32,000 nucleotides of DNA. It comes from Prochlorococcus marinus str. NATL2A (GTDB lineage: Bacteria > Cyanobacteriota > Cyanobacteriia > PCC-6307 > Cyanobiaceae). The notes under the pieces were generated by a model. That model was given only the letters and a program-made list of their open reading frames with translations. It made no database searches and had not been told where the DNA came from. Below, piece by piece: positions 26,654 through 32,000 of this stretch. Positions within the stretch are counted from its first letter, which is position 1. Each line of letters starts with the position of its first letter. A program made the translations under genes and the position numbers. The stretch lies in contig NC_007335.2 of NCBI RefSeq assembly GCF_000012465.1, positions 1,290,001-1,322,000 on the forward strand, written 5' to 3'.

Positions 26654-27517
26654 TTAATTATCCAATCCTATTATTGAATCTTCAAGAATTAATCTAGTGA
26701 TTCCCTTTGAGATTAAATATGACTGTGAAAGTTTAAAAACGCTTGTGTTTGGGATCTTAATAACTCTCTGACTTCTAGAACATATTCTTTTTGCTGAACG
26801 TTGATTAGAAAATAATAAAATTGCTTTTCTTTGCAATTCATTTTCTGGCAAAAAGCTCCATTCTGGTAAATCAGAAATAAGTTGTAACTCTAGTTCTACT
26901 TTCTTATCAACAATCATATAAACGCTCTCTGGAAGACATTCATAATCAAGTATCTCAAAATCCGATTTTTGCTTCTGTAGGTCAAAATCAAAACCAGAAA
27001 CAAGGGGGGCTATTTCCTCGAAATTATCATCAAAGTTTTGATTATTTATATCCTTATCATAATCTTTACTTTTTTGAATAACGGAATATTGATCTTCTAC
27101 AAATCCATCAGCATCCTCAGGGTCTAAAGAAGTAATTTCATCAACACCAAGTCTATGATATTCCTCATTTACCTTTAAATATTGATCTTCTTCTTTAATT
27201 TTTTCTTTAAATGAAATTAATAAACTTTCATTTTCTAAATCTTCCTTTTCTTGTTTTACCTTTTCATTCTCAACCAATTTCTCTTTTTTATTGATGATCT
27301 TTGATCTTTTTTTCTTTAAAAGTGTATATTCACTCTCAGACAAAAGAGTTTTGACTGTTCTATTTATAGTATTTGGAGTGCAATTATATTTTTCTGCTAA
27401 GGCATTAGTATTATCTCCAGACCTATATGCCTCTAGGATTTCAGTCTTTTGTGTCTTGGTCAATCTTCTTGAAACCATCTCTATTATTTCTATATATCCA
27501 AGATAAGACTTAATCAT
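26654..27517 (-). CDS. hypothetical protein with N-terminal helix-turn-helix-like region and acidic middle
   Basis: 287 aa. The probable true start is MVSRRLTKTQKTEILEAYRSG at 27478. NALAEKYNCTPNTINRTVK looks like an HTH. Confidence 0.6.
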   Translation of the reverse strand: MIKSYLGYIEIIEMVSRRLTKTQKTEILEAYRSGDNTNALAEKYNCTPNTINRTVKTLLSESEYTLLKKKRSKIINKKEKLVENEKVKQEKEDLENESLLISFKEKIKEEDQYLKVNEEYHRLGVDEITSLDPEDADGFVEDQYSVIQKSKDYDKDINNQNFDDNFEEIAPLVSGFDFDLQKQKSDFEILDYECLPESVYMIVDKKVELELQLISDLPEWSFLPENELQRKAILLFSNQRSAKRICSRSQRVIKIPNTSVFKLSQSYLISKGITRLILEDSIIGLDN

Positions 27518-27795
27518 AAGAAGTAGTAAAAAAAATTCTCAACCTATAAAAACTCCTACAAAAATTTAGAAAGCCAAAGAACTCATCACCCAAAATCTAT
27601 ATCCCTACTTAATTCTTTGGTTATAAATTTAATTTTCCTATCTTTTAAAAGACTCAATATCAAGCAAGCCTTAACCAAGCTATTGTTGGTCTGCTTAATT
27701 CTGCTTGTGGTGGGCTGCATGAGTATGTACTCTTAAAGAGCTGGTTTTTGAAATCAAGGTGCGTTTTGTCGTCTTTATTTTAAAGATCTGTTTTG

Positions 27796-27869
<74 letters not shown>

Positions 27870-27925
27870 TACTCAAACCAATGTGATACCAAGAGATTAC
27901 AGTAATTCGACTAAGTAAGTGTTGG

Positions 27926-27958
27926 AAAAAAGGTGAGACATCTGAGGTCTTTTTTTTG
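27926..27958 (+). terminator. weak hairpin plus T8 run downstream of the tRNA
   Basis: aaaaaaggtgagacatctgaggtctttttttt. Only agac/gtct (plus a G-U pair) can form a stem. Flanked by an A-run and a T8 run. Confidence 0.3.
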
Positions 27959-28227
27959 TCCCAACTACTCAATATGCTGTCAGACGTACGTCCCTAATCG
28001 GTTGTCAGCAGTGATTATTATTTGAAAAATCTAAAAGTTCACAGAAGCGTTCGTAAAATCAGAAAACTAGGCTAAAAAAACTCATAAGGCATAATGGATC
28101 TGAACTAATTACTTCCTTTTGCAAGAAGATAATCCCCAGCCTAATTAATGAAGGCAATGTATTTCTATCAAGTTCCTTAGGAGGATAGTATTATCGAAGA
28201 AAATAAAAGACCCTGCAAGTTTAAAAC

Positions 28228-28935
28228 ATGAGCGGTTTTGGAGAACAGAAAAAGTCAAAAAAGAAAAGCAATAAAAAGACCACACATTCTAAAGAAGAAA
28301 TAATAAATCAAGCATTTAAGTTTCATTCACAAGGAAATATTCGAGAAGCTACAAAATATTATCAAAATTTTATAAGTCAAGGTTTCAAGGATCACAGAGT
28401 TTTTACTAATTACGGAGGCATATTAAGAAATCTTGGAAAATTAAAAGAAGCAGAATTATTAACCCGTAAAGCAACTGAGCTAAAACCTGATTTCGCAATG
28501 GCGCACTCCAACATGGGAACCATCTTGATAGATCTTGGTAAATTAAAAGAAGCAGAACTATCTACACGCAAAGCGATTGAACTCAATCCTTATATTGCAA
28601 ATGATCATTTAAATCTTGGAAACATATTAATTGAACTTGGTAAATTAAAAGAAGCAGAATTATCTACTCGCAAAGCGATTGAACTTAATCCTGACTTAGC
28701 TGATGCTCATTACAATCTAGGTATCATCCTGAAATATCTAAACAAGTTAGATGAGTCTATATACTGTTACCAGAAAGCTATAGATTTAAAAAAAGATTTA
28801 AAAAAAGCGATAGCAGAAATGGGAGTTACGATGACCTTAATTGGAAATTACAAAGAAGGACTTCAAAAAATAAAAGAAGGCTATGGTTCAATTATCTTTA
28901 ACCACACAACTAATTCTATGAAAATTGAAATTTAA
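28228..28935 (+). CDS. TPR-repeat protein (TPR-only member of the local family)
   Basis: 235 aa with at least five 34-aa TPR units, including near-identical GKLKEAELSTRKAIELNP units. The N-terminus MSGFGEQKK matches the 3229 gene. The TPR block closely matches the N-terminus of the 29613 gene. Confidence 0.85.
   Translation: MSGFGEQKKSKKKSNKKTTHSKEEIINQAFKFHSQGNIREATKYYQNFISQGFKDHRVFTNYGGILRNLGKLKEAELLTRKATELKPDFAMAHSNMGTILIDLGKLKEAELSTRKAIELNPYIANDHLNLGNILIELGKLKEAELSTRKAIELNPDLADAHYNLGIILKYLNKLDESIYCYQKAIDLKKDLKKAIAEMGVTMTLIGNYKEGLQKIKEGYGSIIFNHTTNSMKIEI
28432..28692. repeat. 102-bp-period intragenic repeats (three consecutive TPR units)
   Basis: 57-nt cores start at 28432, 28534 and 28636. 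The 28534 and 28636 cores match at 54/57 by my count, and the 28432 core matches 28636 at 47/57. A fourth copy at 29880 in the next TPR gene matches at 50/57. Confidence 0.85.
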
Positions 28936-29534
28936 TGGAAAGATTAAACACACCAATTTCAAATCTACACCCTAATTTTATTAGCTCTTGGATCATAAAA
29001 CCACTTTCATTATGCGATGATCTCATAGAGTATTTTGAATCAAATAAAGCAAATCAAAAAAAAGGATTAACGGGAAGTGGTTTAAATACTAATAAAAAAG
29101 ATAGTTTTGACATAGTCATTAGGCCAAAAGAAATAATATTACCTAGAAATGAGGTTTTCAAAAAATACTTTGAAAAACTTTTTGAATGTCATAGTGATTA
29201 CATTTCTCAATGGCCTTTTATAAACAATCTTTGTCAAAAATATGAAATTGGGTCTTTTAATCTACAAAGATATACACCAGGCCAGCATTTTAAGGAAATC
29301 CACACTGAGCGAACAGGAATAGGAACTCTTCATCGCGTTTTTGTTTTTATGACATATTTAAATGATGTAAAAGAAGGAGGTTCAACATATTTCAGCCACT
29401 ATGATCTGGAAATTGAACCTCGAAAAGGCTTAACTTTAATTTGGCCTGCTGAATGGACACATGCCCACAGAGGTAACATATTAAAAGCTGGAAAAAAATA
29501 CATCATTACGGGTTGGATCAATTTCCCTAGTTAA
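28935..29534 (+). CDS. 2OG-Fe(II) oxygenase-fold (double-stranded beta-helix) protein
   Basis: 199 aa. Pattern FNLQRYTPGQHFKEIHTE (His-x-Glu), YLNDVKEGGSTYF, distal His in WTHAHRG and KYIITGW. This resembles the approximately 200-aa putative 2OG-Fe(II) oxygenases common in marine cyanobacteria and cyanophages. Start overlaps the upstream stop (TAATG). Confidence 0.75.
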   Translation: MERLNTPISNLHPNFISSWIIKPLSLCDDLIEYFESNKANQKKGLTGSGLNTNKKDSFDIVIRPKEIILPRNEVFKKYFEKLFECHSDYISQWPFINNLCQKYEIGSFNLQRYTPGQHFKEIHTERTGIGTLHRVFVFMTYLNDVKEGGSTYFSHYDLEIEPRKGLTLIWPAEWTHAHRGNILKAGKKYIITGWINFPS

Positions 29535-29612
29535 TGTTTACACTAATTCAATACTTTAGGATAAGAAGAAAATGAACAAACTAAATTAATAAAACCAGTA
29601 CAAGAAGAAAAA

Positions 29613-31598
29613 ATGAAGCGATCAGATAACAAGAAAAACAAACAACTCTACAAGGTCTCAACATTCCCTGTTCCAGCTGATTTAGGGGCAGATCATAGAA
29701 ATCTGACCCTTAATACATATACTCTTTCTCAACCCTCAAAAGAAAAAATAATTGATCAAGCATTTAAGTTCCATTCACAAGGAAACATTTCAAAGGCAGA
29801 AAAATATTATCAACTTTTCATCAACCAAGGTTTGAAAGACTTCAGAGTTTTCTCTAATTATGGAGCAATTTTACTAGATCTTGGTAAATTAAAAGAAGCA
29901 GAAATATTAACTCGCAAAGCAATTGAACAAAACCCTGATTTCGCAATAGCGCAATTCAATCTAGGAAAAATACTACAAAATCTTGGCAGATCAAAAGAAG
30001 CATTTGATTGTTATGTAAAAGTAACTAAAATTGATCCAAAATTTCCTAATATTTACGAGACCATAACAAGTTTTCTAGGAAACTCAAATTCATCTCTACT
30101 AAATCACACTAAACTTATAGATATTTTAAATCTTCTATTAGAAAGAAATGACATCACACATAACGAATTATTTGCAGCATTTAACTTTTTATATAATGAT
30201 AAAATAATCTCTCATTTAGAAAAACTTGATTCAGATTTATTTAAAGAGGAATCATTTAAATTATTTATTAATGATAAACTTATAATGAAAGCACTTAAAA
30301 AAATAACTTTTAAGGATCTTAGATTGGAGAAAATACTAACTAGGATAAGAAAATATATATGCGAAGTGATTAGCAATAACACAGAAGAAATAGATTACTC
30401 TGAATTACAATTTATTATTGCTTTAGGAGAACAATGCTTCCTAAATGAATATATTTACTCACTATCAGAAGAGGAAGATTCATTTCTTAGTACAATAATG
30501 AATAGATGTATTAATGGCGAAATAAGTGAAACAAATATTTCAATTCTATCTTGTTATTTTCCCTTATATAAACTTCTTGATAAGTTGCCATCATTAAATT
30601 CTTTTAATTCCTCTAATCAAAGCTTAAAAGAACTTATCAAATTACAAATATTAGAGCCCTTAGAAGAAATAGAATTGTCTAAAAGTATAAAAAAAATAGG
30701 TTTTATTTATGATGATATTTCTCAAAAGGTGAAATCTCAATACGAAGAAAATCCATTTCCCAGATGGAGATATGGAAGCAACTTAGGAAGTCATAAAGTC
30801 TCTATTAGTCAAGCAATTAACAATGAAATTAAACCTAACTTTATAAGTCAAAATTTAAGTGATAGTAATTTAAAGGTTCTCATTGCTGGATGTGGAACTG
30901 GTAATCAAATCTTACAAGCACAGAGATATAAAAATGCTCAGATAACATGTATCGACTTAAGTATATCTAGTCTTTCTTACGCTCAAAGAAAAATAAATGA
31001 ACTTAAAATTAATAATGTTGAATTAATTCAAATGGATATTTTAGAGGTTTCTTTATTAAAGACTAAATTCGATATTATTGAATGTGGTGGTGTTTTACAT
31101 CACATGAAAGAACCTAATTTAGGGTTAGATTGTTTATTGGATTGTATTGATAAAAATGGTTTTCTCAAGCTAGCTTTGTATAGCAGAATTGCGATCAAAG
31201 ATGTAATTGCTGCCGCCCAACATATTGCCTCAAGGAATTTGGAACCTACTTTAGAAAATATTCATTTATTCAGAGAGGAAGTTTTTTCAGGCAAGTATCC
31301 TGGAAATAAAGATTTTGTCAACTTCAGGGATTTCTACTCTTCATCCGAGTTTCGTGATTTTTTCTTTCATTATCAAGCACATTATATTTATCTAAGTCAA
31401 CTCCAAGAAGTATTGAAGACAAGATCCTTGAAATTCTTAGGCTTTTTGCTATCTCAATCGACTAAATCTCTCTACAAAAACTATTTCCCTGAAGATAAAA
31501 AACAAACCAACTTAGATAACTGGGCAAAGTTTGAAGAGAAGCATCCAAATACTTTCAGAGGAATGTATCAATTCTGGGTTTGTAAAACTAAAAACTGA
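29613..31598 (+). CDS. TPR-repeat protein fused to a class I SAM-dependent methyltransferase (paralog of 3229-5568)
   Basis: 661 aa. Shares these motifs with the 779-aa protein: ALGEQCFLNEYIY, NPFPRWRY, VLIAGCGTG, FDIIECGGVLHHMKEP, MYQFW. Confidence 0.9.
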   Translation: MKRSDNKKNKQLYKVSTFPVPADLGADHRNLTLNTYTLSQPSKEKIIDQAFKFHSQGNISKAEKYYQLFINQGLKDFRVFSNYGAILLDLGKLKEAEILTRKAIEQNPDFAIAQFNLGKILQNLGRSKEAFDCYVKVTKIDPKFPNIYETITSFLGNSNSSLLNHTKLIDILNLLLERNDITHNELFAAFNFLYNDKIISHLEKLDSDLFKEESFKLFINDKLIMKALKKITFKDLRLEKILTRIRKYICEVISNNTEEIDYSELQFIIALGEQCFLNEYIYSLSEEEDSFLSTIMNRCINGEISETNISILSCYFPLYKLLDKLPSLNSFNSSNQSLKELIKLQILEPLEEIELSKSIKKIGFIYDDISQKVKSQYEENPFPRWRYGSNLGSHKVSISQAINNEIKPNFISQNLSDSNLKVLIAGCGTGNQILQAQRYKNAQITCIDLSISSLSYAQRKINELKINNVELIQMDILEVSLLKTKFDIIECGGVLHHMKEPNLGLDCLLDCIDKNGFLKLALYSRIAIKDVIAAAQHIASRNLEPTLENIHLFREEVFSGKYPGNKDFVNFRDFYSSSEFRDFFFHYQAHYIYLSQLQEVLKTRSLKFLGFLLSQSTKSLYKNYFPEDKKQTNLDNWAKFEEKHPNTFRGMYQFWVCKTKN

Positions 31599-31605
31599 GT
31601 GCATC

Positions 31606-31971
31606 CTAGATTTTTCTAACTCGATTGTTATACGAGGAATCAGCAGCTAATCCAGCCAGGGAAATTATTTGTTTCGAGCAGGCAGCAACACCACTGGATT
31701 GGTTATTGATAAGTCTAAGTCCTTTCTGCATCCCCTGTTCAAGATTTACGAGTAGTTTTGCAACCATTTGCGGCCGCTCAATATTGATCTCTTCAAAGTC
31801 TTGAACAATCAAGTCCATTGCCTTGGCTGTGATCCTTCGATCTTGCCCTCTGCTTAATTCGTACTCTTGGGTCACTCGGCTCGTTACGACAATGCAGCTG
31901 TAGCCTTGAGCAAGCAAGTCAGCAGGAAAACCTGCCCTTAATTCCATCTCTTGTTTATTAGCTTTTTTCAT
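31606..31971 (-). CDS. hypothetical protein in a compositionally foreign (about 44% GC) segment
   Basis: 121-aa ATG ORF, convergent with the methyltransferase gene across a 7-bp gap. I counted 158 G+C in 360 nt (31621-31980). No domain recognised. Confidence 0.6.
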   Translation of the reverse strand: MKKANKQEMELRAGFPADLLAQGYSCIVVTSRVTQEYELSRGQDRRITAKAMDLIVQDFEEINIERPQMVAKLLVNLEQGMQKGLRLINNQSSGVAACSKQIISLAGLAADSSYNNRVRKI

Positions 31972-32000
31972 ATTCCAGCTCGATGCAATGTAGATTCAAT

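Noticed and set aside
3479-27506. ORF-track entries lying antisense to, or out of frame inside, confidently assigned genes: 3479-3682, 4122-4316, 8711-8923, 10995-11255, 11562-11771, 12959-13312, 14091-14348, 17038-17262, 17862-18080, 18678-18869, 19821-20117, 23602-23805, 23798-23992, 24982-25188, 25363-25578, 27291-27506
   Set aside because: Each is fully embedded in a longer ORF that has clear family motifs. Their translations are low-complexity or biased (Leu/Ser/Arg/Pro-rich) and lack motifs. This is typical of shadow ORFs.
27586-27720. 44-aa minus-strand ORF (MQPTTSRIKQTNNSLVKACLILSLL...) in the gap upstream of the tRNA
   Set aside because: It is short, has no TM segment or motif and no convincing ribosome-binding context. 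It is probably a chance ORF.
31649-31662. aatccagccaggga resembles the tRNA-Arg 3' end (aatccagcagggag) and could have been an att repeat
   Set aside because: Only an 8-nt exact core matches, and there is an indel. A match of that length is expected by chance in 64 kb of two-strand sequence. It also lies inside an ORF.
27870-32000. Search for integrase, transposase, IS ends or phage structural genes downstream of the tRNA
   Set aside because: No ORF in this span shows recombinase motifs (no R..H..R..Y tyrosine recombinase pattern, no serine recombinase N-terminus, no DDE pattern) and no terminal inverted repeats were seen. Mobility cannot be claimed from this window.

Overview
The window looks like a low-GC (about 30% by eye) marine picocyanobacterial chromosome segment. 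Gene content and synteny fit a high-light-adapted Prochlorococcus, but this is inference with no database search. Layout: (i) 1-9.6 kb is accessory-looking. It holds many small membrane or secreted ORFs of unknown function, a truncated tandem-repeat protein, bcp, a 779-aa TPR-methyltransferase fusion, a SemiSWEET-type transporter and flavodoxin isiB. (ii) 9.6-27.5 kb is a tightly packed core block: GT-C/GT4/EamA operon, sppA, aroH, rpmH-rnpA-PH-yidC, ycf46-like AAA ATPase, serS, rseP, rpsN, pnp, cysQ, rsmI. (iii) tRNA-Arg(TCT) sits at 27796-27869. (iv) Immediately downstream is a same-strand cassette: a TPR-only protein, a 2OG-Fe(II)-oxygenase-fold protein coupled to it by a 1-nt overlap, and a second TPR-methyltransferase fusion paralogous to the one at 3.2 kb. 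(v) At about 31.6 kb the composition jumps abruptly to about 44% GC, with an unrecognisable ORF running toward the window end. The best candidate for an undescribed system is the tRNA-adjacent TPR / oxygenase / TPR-methyltransferase module plus its distant paralog: closely related TPR modules paired with two different modifying chemistries. I found no CRISPR array, integrase, transposase or rRNA.
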